A DNA stretch of 64,000 nt, from positions 89,590,001 through 89,654,000 of the forward strand of contig NC_079165.1 of the NCBI RefSeq assembly GCF_947568905.1, in the 5' to 3' direction. This stretch comes from Ostrea edulis (taxonomy: Eukaryota). The position numbers and the translations under genes were made by a program. This document shows positions 11,901 to 24,300 of the stretch, piece after piece. Numbering within the stretch: position 1 is the first letter of the stretch; every line of letters begins with the position of its first letter. The notes beneath the pieces are model-generated. The model saw nothing but the letters and a program-made list of their open reading frames with translations. It was not told the DNA's origin and searched no databases.

Positions 11901-14900
11901 TAATTATTCTTCAAGAAACACTTTTTTCCCTCAAAATGTAGCTACATAACAATTGATATGAACTTATTTTGTTTCTAGACTTACTTTAAATTAATGATAT
12001 AAATATATGCAGTATTGTACTACAAAATTTGCAAAGACTTGACAAGTACATTACATCACTAATGTCTCCATATGAGAGAAAAATTCTGGAGAGGGACATT
12101 AAACAATATACAATCAATCAATCATCACATCTTGATTATGGTCTTTGAACCAGTTTAATCTCTGTCCAATTAAGATTCCATTAGCCCCTCAGGAGTAAAC
12201 CATGTTGGTGTTTCAGAGTTCAGCTGGAGATTTAAAGATCATTTTGGTAAGAGCACATTACATCTGCCCAGTTAAAGATTAATTAATGAGTATAATCTTT
12301 GTACAACCCAAAATAAGTGATTCATACTATTTGAAAGAAATTATCTAAATATATGTAATGAAATGAAAATATGTTTTGGAATATTGTTATTATTTGACCA
12401 ATTCAAGAGATACATTGACAGGTTAATTGCAATATGCAATAGACACATTTCAAGGAATAGTCCGGATTTTAGCTCAGACCTAAAAGCAAAGCCATTAGTG
12501 CAATCTTTGCACCAATTAAGGTTGACCTGATGATTTTGTGTCATGCATTTTTATCTGTTTATTATGTCGAATAAACATCTGACGGTCGTATCATGTGGTG
12601 TGGCTGTGCACTTCATTTATTAGGTGTTCTAGTTTATGTATCCTGTAGATACCTTATTTTACGCGAGTACTTGTATCGCGAAATGACTAGTAAACATGAA
12701 TCTGTGTGAGTTCAACATGTATTTTAGCACCAGAAAATTAAAAGCAAATAATTTCATTTCGCAAGTGATGCCTCTCACGAAATTATTATGCGATAATAAA
12801 TTTCTCGCGTATATTTAGGAATCTACAGTATACAATATGTAATAATTTGTTAGAATTGTTATCATGCTTACCTTGGCACGATTTTATTTTCAGCAGGATT
12901 TGGAAATCATTGCATCACTGAATATTTGTTAAAATAGAACATATTCAACCAACATCTTCTGTAATCAGAGGAGAAGCAGTCTTTGGGGAGGAAACATTGC
13001 ACAAATCACATCGGTGTTCGAATATTTTAAGTTCCTTTAGAAAGATTAACAATGGAGGAAAATACAAAACAGGTGGAAACAGAGGAAAAAATTACAAAAC
13101 AGGTGGAAACAGAGGAAAAAATAACAAAAGAGACAGAAACAGAGGAAAAAATAACGAAAGAAACGGAAACAGAGGAAAAAATTACAAAACAGGTGAAAAC
13201 AGTGGAAAAAATTACAAAAGAGACGGAAACAGAGGAAAAAATAACGAAAGAAACGGAAATAGAGGAAAAAATTACAAAAGAGATGGAAACAGGGGAAAAA
13301 ATTACAAAAAAGATGGAAACAGAGGAAAAAATTACGAAAGAGATGGAATTCATAGCTCAGAAAAATACAGAGAAGACAGGGACAGTGGGTGAAAATATAG
13401 AAAATACAAGGAATATGAAAGAAAAGGTTGAAGATGAAAATAAACCTTATTTGTGTAGCTTTTGTGGAAAGGCCTTCAGAGAACGGTCACGTCTCGAGTA
13501 CCACAGTAGAATACACACAGGTGAAAGGCCTTTTCACTGTGCCAGTTGTGGAAAAACGTTTCGATTGCACCATCATTTGAATATACACATGGTCACTCAC
13601 ACTGACAAGAAACCTTATAAAGAGAAAACAGTGGAGAAAAATACAAAGCAGACAGAATCAATGGAGGAGAGTGTGAAAGAGATGGAGTTAATAGAGGAAA
13701 ATACAGAAAATACAAAGCTGATGGAATCTGAGGAAAATTCAGTTAATAGAGAAACAATGGAGATGACATTATTAGAGGAAAATACAGAGAAAATGGGAAG
13801 AATGGAGAAAAAATCAAGAAAAGCTGTAGGCGAAAATAAGTCTTATCCATGTAGCACTTGTGGAAAAGCTTTTAGAGAAAGGTCACATCTGAATTATCAC
13901 TGTAAGATGCACACAGATGAACGACCCTTTCAATGTACCATTTGTGGAAAAACATTTCGATTGAAGCATCATTTAAGAGGACACATGGTTACACACACCG
14001 ACAATAAACCATATCAATGTAAGGTGTGTAACCGAGCATTCAATGACCCCTCATCTCTACGCAGACATGGTAAAATTCACAGTACAGAAGCATACAAGTA
14101 TATTTGTCAAGAATGCGGGAAATTGTTTATGCAAGAATCACACTTACAAAAGCACATAAACGAAAACAAATGCCTGCAATATAAGTGTGATATGTGTGGC
14201 AAGATATATTCGGAAACTTCAAAACTACGAATTCACAAACGGAATCACACAGGCGATAAACCATTTGTGTGTCAGCTTTGTGGAAAGGCCTATACTTCCT
14301 CAGCTTCTCTAAGAGATCACATTTTGATGCATGCAGGAGTGAAACGTTTTCAGTGCGAATTTTGTGGAAAGGCGTTTCAAAGAAAGCCTCATTTGATGCT
14401 TCATCGTAATATTCACACCGGCAAGAAACCCTACCAGTGTGAGGTGTGTGGGAGGACCTTTAATGACCCGTCCTCGAGTCGCAGACACCGCAAAGTCCAC
14501 ATTACTTAAAAACTAGTGTGAGGTGTGTGGGAGGACCTTTAATGACCCGTCCTCGAGTCGCAGACACTGCAAAGTCCACATTACTTAAAAACTAGTGTGA
14601 GGTGTGTGGGAGGACCTTTAATGACCCGTCCTCGAGTCGCAGACACTGCAAAGTCCACATTACTTAAAAACTAGTGTGAGGTGTGTGGGAGGACCTTTAA
14701 TGACCCGTCCTCGAGTCGCAGACACCGCAAAGTCCACTTAAAAACTATGAATGTATCGTAAAAGTGGATGTGGAGTTATGACTATGTGGACACTCGTGCA
14801 TGTTATTGAACTATAACAGCTGCAACAAATGTGGAAAAGCTTTTGTACAAGCAAATGTCTAAAACCATTTATTGGCAGATGATATTCCTTTAAGATAAGA

Positions 14901-16683
14901 TATTTGTGGGAACACAATCATTGTCTGATTTCACACAACTTTCAACTGATCCTGCACTGGGAAGTTTCCTTAATCTTCCTGAATGGGGCATGTGACACTC
15001 AGTGACAGCATGTTAAGGAGGGAAACACATGATCAGCCTTTACAGAATCAAGAAGAAAACAAAGACAATGTATTTTTTGCACATGTACAAGAAAGTGACA
15101 TTAATATTAGTGTGCTTTGTCTTTCAACAATCATGGACACACAACATTTGTATTGGTTGAAAAGCAGAGAGCTTGTACAGTAGATTCCATATTTGATAAG
15201 TTAAAAGCCTCTCATGAACTGAATGTTTTTTTAAAAAAAAATTCTATATATCATTAAGTTACAGATTTGAAATCTTTTGAGTATTAACAATTTTGAGTTT
15301 TAACTTACGCTGAATGGATTGATATAAGGGTTATACAATAAACACATCAATTGGTGAACTTTTCTTTTTCTGCCTACAAGTTTCTAGCTCACTAGAGTTT
15401 TTCTTATCAAAGTTTGTCCATTGTCAGTCTGTCATTTATTTAAAAATTCTCACATTTTCAACTTCTCCCGAACCACTGGAACATTCAACAATTTCAGCCA
15501 AACATGCCACAATGATTTTAGGTAAAGGGCATTGCAGTTTGTATGTAAATAAAGAGTGGGAGATGAGAAAGAAATGCTGAAAATAGGGTGGCATGTATGA
15601 AAAATCTTCTTAAGAACTTTTGAGGTCACAAAGTCAAATGTCGAACTGGACATAGGAAGACAATGTACGCTCAGTATCTCGAGAACCCTTTGCTTGACAG
15701 ACATCAAACTTTGTACACTGGTACATCTTCAGGAGGAGATGACTCCTATTGATTTTGAGGTCACATGGTCAAGGGTCAAACTGGACATAGAAATATACTG
15801 TCTGCTCAATATCTTGAGAACCCTTTGCTTGACAAGACATCAAACTTCGTACACTGGTACATCTTCAGGAGAAGATGACCCCTCTTGATTTTGAGGTCAC
15901 ATGGTCAAAGGTCAAGGGTTAAACTGGCCATAGTAATATAGTCTCCTATATTTTATGAATTATTTGCTTTAGTGACACCAAACTTGGTACACAGGTACAG
16001 CATAAGGAGTAGATGACCCCTATTGAATTTTAGGTCACATGGTCAATCTACTCCTGACATAGGAAGATATTTTCTGCTCAATATTTTGAATTGGTGATAC
16101 TACTATCAATTAAATGATGCATGTATATAACCCTTTTCAATTTTGCACCATGGCATATGTGTTTTACAAACATCTCTTGTATTTAATGTCCCGCTCGAGA
16201 ATTTTTCACTCATTTGGAGACGTCACCATTGCTGGTGAAGAAGGGCTGCAAAATTTAGGCCTATCCTCGGCGCTTATGGCCTTTGAGCAGGGAGGGATCT
16301 CTATCGTACCACACCTGCTGTGACCGGGGCCAGGTTTTGCAGTCTCATCTGAAGGACTGCCCCATTTAGTCGCCTCTTACGACAAACAAGACGTACCGAG
16401 GACCTATTTTAACCCGGATCCCCACGGGATACAAGGGATACTGAGGACCTATTCTAACCCGGATCACAATACCGGTGATCAGATGGCATCTTCTCCCTCT
16501 TGCCTACAATGCAGCAAGAATGAGGTTAAAAAGTCAAATGGTATTCTTTCTGTTGTACCCACATTTGCTGTATTTGAATTACAGAATCTGTGAAATAACA
16601 ACACAGAAATCAGTTGATATAATTCTTTTTCCAGTAATCTCTTGCAGTTTTGATTGAATGTATCTTGTTTTAACGTCCCTCTT

Positions 16684-16715
<32 letters not shown>

Positions 16716-19615
16716 CTGCTGGTGAGAAACTACACTGGTACTCTTTATATGCATGCATAGTATCAAAACTTCCTTTCAGCCATCATTTTTTACCTAGATT
16801 TAGGATCTTTCTCTTTTAATTAATATTGGAACATCTCACTTTTTAACATGTATGGAACTTAAAACAATAAGTAAATTAGTTGTACATGTAATATTATGAT
16901 CAGTATCCTTGATTTATATGATTTAGAAATCAAGGACCTCCCTTGCCCTTCCTTCTACACTGGCAAATGAAAGACGATAACAGGGATTGGACTCTATATG
17001 ATGCCAATATCATTGTTACATAATGATGACTTTGACTTGAGACATTTGGATCTAGAAAATCAATGGAAATACTACATTTCTTACCTACTATCTATTTATA
17101 CAACAAGCTTTAGACAAAGCTGATTAGGTAATTTTTGCGTGATGTACACATTGAATCATTTATTAACTTGACTGTGACCTTGACCTTTTGACCCAGAAAT
17201 CAATTGAGATCTTTCTCCTTGATCTCATATCTCTGTAAAGAATATGAGATTGAAAACTAGAAAAATACTCTGTTACATTCAATTAATGACAGTGACCTTC
17301 GGGGTCAAGGTCAATGATTGAATATTGTGGATGCCATTTATTAAGAGTATCTCGCTTTACTTATCACTCTCAGAGAAGCTACAAAGATACAGAAAGCTCC
17401 TTATTGATTTCAGGGTAGAAGATATTATAAATCAAGGTCACAGAAACATAGATTCAGCTCCAAACCATTTCTTCAGTGTTTGATCGGAATATCAAGTATC
17501 ACATTATTGAGTGAATCATTAAATGTTCAGGATTATTGGTACCATATAAGCAGATTTTATAGCAAGGATTATTGGTGAGAGTGACGAGATCACTAAAATT
17601 GAATACCACTAACAATTGATTCCATATTGAAGGTATCTTGATCTTTCCTAGAATGATCAAGATGCTAAACTCAGCTTTCACTAAATATATATATCCATTT
17701 TTATGGAAAAATCACTAAATCTGTGTCGCTAAAAATTCCACTTATATGGTATCTCTTATTTTGGCAACTTTCAGTGTTTGGCCTGACCTTTAGTTGTTGA
17801 GCATGGACTTTCAGTGTTTGGCCTGTCTTTAGTTGTAGAACATGGACTCTATATGTAAACTGTAGACATGATGATAGCAAAGATAGGTAACAAAGAATTT
17901 GTAGTATAAAAGTCAAGTGAGAAACATGCATCATAAATCATTGTGGAAGAGTCCAGTGAGTATTGTTAAGGTGCTGGAACATGTTGTTAAGGTGCTGTTG
18001 CATGTTGTTAAGGTGCTAGTATGTGTTGTTAAGGTGCTGGTGTATGTTGTTAAGGTGCTGTTACATGTTGTTAAGGTGCTGGTACATGTTAAGGTGCTGG
18101 TATGTGTTGTTAAGGTGTTGATGTATGTTGTTAAGGTGCTGTTACATGTTGTTAAGGTGCTGGTACATGTTAAGGTGCTGGAACATGTTGTTAAGGTGCT
18201 GTTGCATGTTGTTGAGGTGCTGGTATGTGTTGTTAAGGTGCTGGTGTATGTTGTTAAGGTGCTGTTGCATGTTGTTCAGGTGCTGGTACATGTTTTGAAA
18301 GTGCTGTTACATGTTCAGGTGCTGGTACATGTTAAGATGTTCCTTGATGCTGTTACATGTTGCTAGGGCGATATTATATTTTGCTAAAGTTGTAGCTTTC
18401 CTGATGGGTATTGTACATGTATCAAGATTCTGAAGAGGCGTTTCTGCTTTTGAATTGGAACATTTGAACATATTCGACATGAAGTTGTAAATTCTGTAGT
18501 ATTTAATCATGGTCCGTCTCTAAGGCCTTAGGAGAGGTTAATGTTTACAAGCTCAAGGCGACTCGTACAAACCTTAGCTGTCCATTAATTTGTCATTTTC
18601 TTGCAGTATGGTCCATGCACAGTCTCTGGTTTGAAGAAAGGTGATGTCAAACTTTGGTGTGCTTGTGGACTAAGTAAGAAGCAGCCCTGGTGTGATGGTA
18701 AGTTCATTCATACATAAACTTATCTACAGAGAACATCGATATCTCTTTTTATTCCATTGAGCAACAACAGTGGCTTACAGTACATGAAAGACAAAAAAAT
18801 TGAAAATCAAGGCCTCATATTCAAACATTGCTACTGTGGTGGAAATAATTAAACATAGATGATAATTTTCCATGTAGAATGATTATGTTATTTAAAAGCA
18901 AGCTATCAAACCAAAGATATTTACAAATGAAACCAATTTTGCACCTTGGAAATTCAGTGTTCCATATGTAAATATCACAGGCACTTGTTTCTGTACATGA
19001 CTTATGACCTCTGATACTAATATTATTAGTATACAGAGGTCGTAAGTCATTTACAGAAACAAGTGCCTGTGGTAAATATGGTAATCTGTGGGCCCTCTTT
19101 TACTAATATGATTTTGAATAAAATCTTTAAAAGTCTTACACAATTAAGTAAATTGAACATGAACAATAAAACACGGTTATAGTAATGAAGTGCTGGGGAC
19201 AGACACTGTTGATTCGTTATATCCAATGAAGTTCATAATACATTTTAAAACTACAGGGAATGAAAATCACTTCGTTGCATGCAGGAATTCATTATAAGTT
19301 TGCTGTAAACATGTTTTACTGTAATAACTTTAAAAATACATAGTATCAAATGCTACATGTATAAATAGAATGTGTCTTTACACAGGCTCACACAGAGGGA
19401 CTGGTATTAAACCCCTGAGGTGGACAGTCAACAAAGAACAGAGACTATATCAGATCTGTGCCTGTAAATACTCCAAAGACCCGCCCTTCTGCGACGCCAC
19501 TCACACAAATCTACCATGCCAAGTCCTAGAGCAACAGGAAGTGTGCCCACGTCAGGACAATCACCATAGCAACAATAAACTCTGCACAGGATGTGGCTGG
19601 GTGCCAGATTTCTGA
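8994..19615 (+). CDS. CISD3: Two-CDGSH iron-sulfur domain protein (CISD3/MiNT-like), 129 aa; exons 8994-9062, 18607-18697, 19386-19615
   Basis: Motifs CACGLSKKQPWCDGSH (split by a phase-1 intron) and CACKYSKDPPFCDATH. Exon 1 MSKVEELEDDVESARKCFPAVAM ends in ATG|gtaagt and joins in phase 0 to YGPCTV. Exons 2-3 are secure; the exon 1 assignment is inferred. AATAAA near 19728. Confidence 0.8.
13052..14509 (+). CDS. C2H2 zinc-finger protein, 485 aa, 10 fingers (finger 6 C2HC-like), Glu/Lys/Thr-rich repeat N-terminus
   Basis: Uninterrupted ORF with CxxC...HxxxH fingers and TGEKP-type linkers (HTGERPF, HTGDKPF, HTGKKPY); in-frame TAA shortly upstream of the ATG. Confidence 0.92.
   Translation: MEENTKQVETEEKITKQVETEEKITKETETEEKITKETETEEKITKQVKTVEKITKETETEEKITKETEIEEKITKEMETGEKITKKMETEEKITKEMEFIAQKNTEKTGTVGENIENTRNMKEKVEDENKPYLCSFCGKAFRERSRLEYHSRIHTGERPFHCASCGKTFRLHHHLNIHMVTHTDKKPYKEKTVEKNTKQTESMEESVKEMELIEENTENTKLMESEENSVNRETMEMTLLEENTEKMGRMEKKSRKAVGENKSYPCSTCGKAFRERSHLNYHCKMHTDERPFQCTICGKTFRLKHHLRGHMVTHTDNKPYQCKVCNRAFNDPSSLRRHGKIHSTEAYKYICQECGKLFMQESHLQKHINENKCLQYKCDMCGKIYSETSKLRIHKRNHTGDKPFVCQLCGKAYTSSASLRDHILMHAGVKRFQCEFCGKAFQRKPHLMLHRNIHTGKKPYQCEVCGRTFNDPSSSRRHRKVHIT
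13055..13340 (+). repeat. 30-bp coding tandem repeat (about 9 copies of TEEKITK-x-x-E)
   Basis: Unit gaaacagaggaaaaaattacaaaacaggtg, in frame within the zinc-finger ORF. Confidence 0.9.
14437..14747 (+). repeat. 79-bp tandem array (4 copies) of the last zinc finger plus stop codon
   Basis: gtgtgaggtgtgtgggagg recurs at 14437, 14516, 14595, 14674. Confidence 0.95.
15380..16110 (+). mobile_element. Helentron-like/dispersed repeat with internal gaggtcacatggtcaa-type units
   Basis: Starts tctagctcac... with gtcagtctgtc microsatellite-like segment; repeated internal units. Confidence 0.55.
16179..16465 (-). mobile_element. SINE-like dispersed repeat (family also at 49410-49650 minus, 62141-62409 plus; fragments near 12055-12125 and 16658-16725)
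   Basis: Mutually homologous ~270-bp copies beginning atcccgtggggatccgggttagaatagg; the plus-strand copies end in a (tcaa)n tail. Confidence 0.75.
17960..18345. repeat. 18/21-bp minisatellite
   Basis: Unit gttaaggtgctggtacatgtt; source of the VKVL-repeat ORF 17917-18366. Confidence 0.92.
18976..19071. mobile_element. 96-bp foldback element, CACAGGCAC termini, 8-bp TSD, in CDGSH intron 2
   Basis: Near-perfect hairpin; TSD gtaaatat at 18968-18975 and 19072-19079; a right-arm-only copy lies at about 53047-53094. Confidence 0.85.
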
Positions 19616-19940
19616 TTCAGACATACACATCTAACCTCAGTACTGAAATGTGATATTTTGTGGTGAGCTTCTCGTATTGGAAACTATGAACTCTTGAGTT
19701 TTAGCATTTGTGTTTTACTGGATGAATAATAAATCATCATAATGGCCGACTTCCTTTTAAACCATAAATGGAAAAATAAATATTAGAATCTTATGTCTTG
19801 TCTAAATTCTATTGCCTAGCTGGTTAGTGCAGTGGGACAATGTATAACTTCTATTAATATGAAGATTGGGAGTTCCAATTTCACAGGGTTTTTCAATTTT
19901 TTATTTACCCTATCTACCTTCTTTTCTATTAAAACTGCAC

Positions 19941-20725
19941 TTTTTATACTCCCCGACCGAAGTTCTGGGGGGTATATAGGAATCACTCTGTCTGTCCGTG
20001 CAGATTCGTGTCCGGGCCATAACTTCTTTGTTCTTTGACTTAGGCATACCATATTTGGCACACAGGTAGATCACCATGAGACGATGTGTCAAGTACCTTC
20101 ATGACCTCTATATGACCTTGACCTCAAGGTCAAAATTAAGTTTTTTACAATGGATTTGTGTCCAGGCCATAACTTCTTTGTTCTTTGACATAGGCATACC
20201 ATATTTCACACATAAGTGTATCACCATGAGACGATGTGTCATGTACCTTCATGACCTCCATATGACCTTGACCTCAAGGTCAAAATTAAAGGTTTTTACA
20301 ATGGATTTGTGTCAGGGCCATGACTTCTTTGTTCTTTGACATAGGCATATCATATTTGACACATGAGTGTATCAGCATGAGACGATGTGTCAAGTACCTT
20401 CATGACCTCTATATGACCTTGAACTTTGACCTCAAGGTCAAAATTGATTATAGGGTTTTGACATGGTCATACCACAAGACATGGGTGTATCACCTTGAGA
20501 CTATGTGTCATGTACATTCATGACCTCTTTATGACCTTGACCTTTGATCTCAAGGTCAAAATTATAGGTTTATGCCATGGATTTGTGTTTGGACTATATC
20601 TTCCATTTTCTTCTACAAAGGCATACCATATTTTTACACTCAGGAAAGAGGTAATTTATACCTATTAACAACACCCTTTGGGAGATTGGGGTAAGTGGGG
20701 GGTATTGCTCACAGTACTTCTTGTT
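19941..20725 (+). mobile_element. Helentron-like non-autonomous element with gaccttgacctcaaggtc tandem units
   Basis: Homologous to 30061-31625 in opposite orientation; ends ...gctcacagtacttcttgtt. Confidence 0.7.
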
Positions 20726-21319
20726 TTACTAAATAAAATTCACATTTAAAGTAATTGATTTCAAAATATGGTACATATCCTTCTCCTTCCAGTCATAAGT
20801 TTTCTCTGGTGTGAAATGCATTTTCAATATCTCCTCCTAACACAAGTGATAGTTTGTATAAATTTCAAATTATCATGCATGTAACATTTTGAAAATAATC
20901 ACATATCACAGTTTGTAAACATGCACAACTTGGGCTGATGTGGTGTTGCAGTTTTATCATGTTCCGATCAAACCCTCAACAGTCATTATTGATTTTATAC
21001 ATTTAATATCAGAAGTACATATAGTATTAGTTCAATGTACATCAACAATCAAAATAAATAATTAAATTTTTCATTGCTAAAACAAAACTTTGATCATCTG
21101 TAGTCCTAGCTTCTACCAGTGAATGCATTCCCTACAAAGATATATATTGCAGTCTGCAGGAACACAAGTCTGTAGCTCGGCCCATCTGCTGCTGGAAGTT
21201 TTCTTGCTTTCTTGAATGCCACAGAACCAGGCCTGTAATTATTTCTTTCACTCTCTCACTCTTACATTGGTCTGTCAATTTGAAGGTTGTTCATCAGTCA
21301 CAACACTAAGACTGATGTT

Positions 21320-24300
21320 TTAAGTCCGGAACTGAAACTTTCCTGCTCGAGTGATGTATTTAACTCCCTTGAAGGGTTTGTATTTCTACAAAAATTGAAA
21401 TATGTGTAACGGTTATGAAATATGTCACACAGGCATATAAACTGTACGTGATAAAATATGTCACACAGGCATATAAACTGTACGTGATAAAATATGTCAC
21501 ACAGGCATATAAACTATGTGATAAAATATGACGATCTATAGGAATGGTTATGTTATTCAATTCCATATCAAATCACTTTTTAAAAAGGTAATTGACTATA
21601 TTTAGATATCAATCTCTGAAACTTTAGAAACAATTAGCACTGTCTATGACAATAACTGCATCAGCTTGCATTAGAAATCAATAACCATTAATAAACAGTT
21701 ACTTGGGTAAATTTCATTTCTTGCGAAATTGATTGATTCAATGTAATAATTGAAAGAACAGCAGACATAAAAAATAACAAAAAATAGTCCCCAAGTCAAA
21801 TCTGGGTGACTGTCTGCTTCTGCTACTAAATATATAGAATGCCCAGATATTATCATGTAGGTACTGCTACTAAACAATAATTTCAATGAAAAAACTTACT
21901 GTGCCTTGTAGCGGCACAGTAATGATCCACAAAATTTTGGGAATATTTATAGCATTTTTTACCCAATTTTGCAGAAAGAAAGTTATGCAGACTTTCCAGA
22001 TTTACAGTATACATATGTTATTTAGTCAAAATTAAATAATGCACCAATCAAAATTACCCATACAAGGTATAAACCAATCAAAATTACTCATACAAGGTCT
22101 GCACCAATCAAAAATTACCTACACAAGGTATAAACCAATCAAAATTACCCATACAAGGTTTGTGTAAACATTCATTTCTGTCCTACCTCTCCATACATGT
22201 CCAGTCTGTTCACCTTGACTCCCGATATTGCCATCTGACTGATTGTGAAATTTATCTACAAATACACAGATATTGCCATCTGACTGACTGTGAAAATCTA
22301 CAAATACTGTATATAAATATTGTCATCAGACTTTATTTTATGATATTTTATATACAAATACATGTACTATTTTGTAATCAGATATAATATGAAATTCATT
22401 TCAAATTTGAGAGACATTTATTAAGAATTTGGCAAAAGTTTATACTGTACAAAGATTGATTCATTAATTCAAGGTAAAGAAAAACTTTCAAATTAATACC
22501 AGGTGTTGAAATATCATGGTATGACTTACATTTATTGTGGGGTTGGATTGTGGTAAATATCATGGAGTGACTTACATTTATTGTGGGGTTGGATTGTGGT
22601 AAATATCATGGAGTGACTTACATTTATTGTGGGGTTGGACTGTGGTAAATATCATGGAGTGACTTACATTTATTGTGGGGTTGGACTGTGGTAAATATCA
22701 TGGAGTGACTTACATTTATTGTGGGGTTGGACTGTGGTAAATATCATGGAGTGACTTACATTTATTGTGGGGTTGGACTGTGGTAAATATCATGGAGTGA
22801 CTTACATTTATTGTGGGGTTGGACTGTGGTAAATATCATGGAGTGACTTACATTTATTGTGGGGTTGGACTGTGGTAAATATCATGGAGTGACTTACATT
22901 TATTGTGGGGTTGGACTGTGGTAAATATCATGGTATGACTTACATTTATTGTGGGGTTCGACTCTGGTATGGGGTGACCACTCTGTAAACTTATCTGTAA
23001 TCAATGAAAACAAAAAACAAATTAATAATTACAGGAAATTTACCTAAAAAATGTATACATGTTTCAGAAAAAGAACATTTTCAGACAATGATTTTATTAA
23101 ATCAAGGTCATTACTATTAGAGTACTTTAAATTCTAAAAGTGCACCTGTCAGTGTATTTTGGCACAAAGGTTAACCGCATTTTTATCAGGTACAGTGAAA
23201 ACTGCCTAATCCAGCACCTCAGCAATCCATTTCACTGGACATTCTGACCCTTATTTTCATTCTCAATTTCATATTGTCATTGTTTTCAACACACACTGTT
23301 TATTCCAACAAAAAGATGTCTCCATATGAGTGTAAAATTCGAGTACCAGCCAACAAAAAATTTGTTTAATGTTGTTAATATGTCGGATTACACAGATTTT
23401 GCTGTACTTATTATTCACACCAAACTATAAACATTCAGGGATTTGGGAAAACTGACTGTCCAAAGGTTTTGACACGTTTCTCAATGATATTAAATATTTC
23501 GTGACATTTTACGCTAAATTCACTTGTAATCTAACTCTTTTCCACAAAAAATATTGGGGTATTTATCTGTTTTCGAGTTAGCCTATTTTGATAGTTCCTG
23601 GTTGTAACAAGTAAAAATGTAAAGTCAGCTCTTATGTATTACAATAAGTTGTATAAATGGACATTACTGTAACAAAGAAGGAGTGAAAAATCTTTGGAAC
23701 AATCGGGTATGGAACCTGGGACACTTGCAATACTAGTTTGGGGATTTAACCCCTGAGCTACCCAGGACTATATACAATGTAATGTAATATAACTACAATA
23801 TAAAATTTAAACCTATTTCAGAAATCATACAAGAACTTCTCATATTAAGATGAAAAATTAATTTTGAGAAAGTGTCAGAAACGTGTATCTCCATAACAGA
23901 CTAGTCTATACATTGAACTCACATTGCCTTTGATGCTGGGGAGTTTAGTGGTATCCATTCGCCCGACATCCCAGGTGAGTATTTTACCTACAGGATCAAA
24001 GGTGTATTTTCCTTGTGAGGGTGTCAGGGTGAGATTCAGAACGGACTTGGGGAAGGGCACTTCCATGGATATGTTCTCTACCTGCAAAAACAGAACAAAG
24101 CTCTTTGTAAATTTGGTCATTTTAACTCATAGTTCTGATACTGGTTCAATCTGGTCATTAACAGCTATTATATAGGGTTCAACTTGTTCATGAACAGCGA
24201 GTGAGTTTGGGTTCAATTTGGTCATGAACAGTGATCTTGGAACAACTTGAAATATGCAAGTCTCTTGTATCATTTTCGTACCAACATAAACTGTAGAAAA

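Noticed and set aside
12997-13392. Alternative-frame and antisense ORFs (12997-13392, 13027-13353)
   Set aside because: Shadows of the 30-bp coding repeat in the zinc-finger gene
17917-18366. 149-aa VKVL-repeat ORF
   Set aside because: Product of the 18/21-bp minisatellite; only the short 5' segment is kept as a weak exon candidate
22510-22960. CRISPR-like appearance of regular short repeats (also 6311-6672 and 28900-29620)
   Set aside because: Units are contiguous with no unique spacers, no cas genes are present and the context is eukaryotic introns
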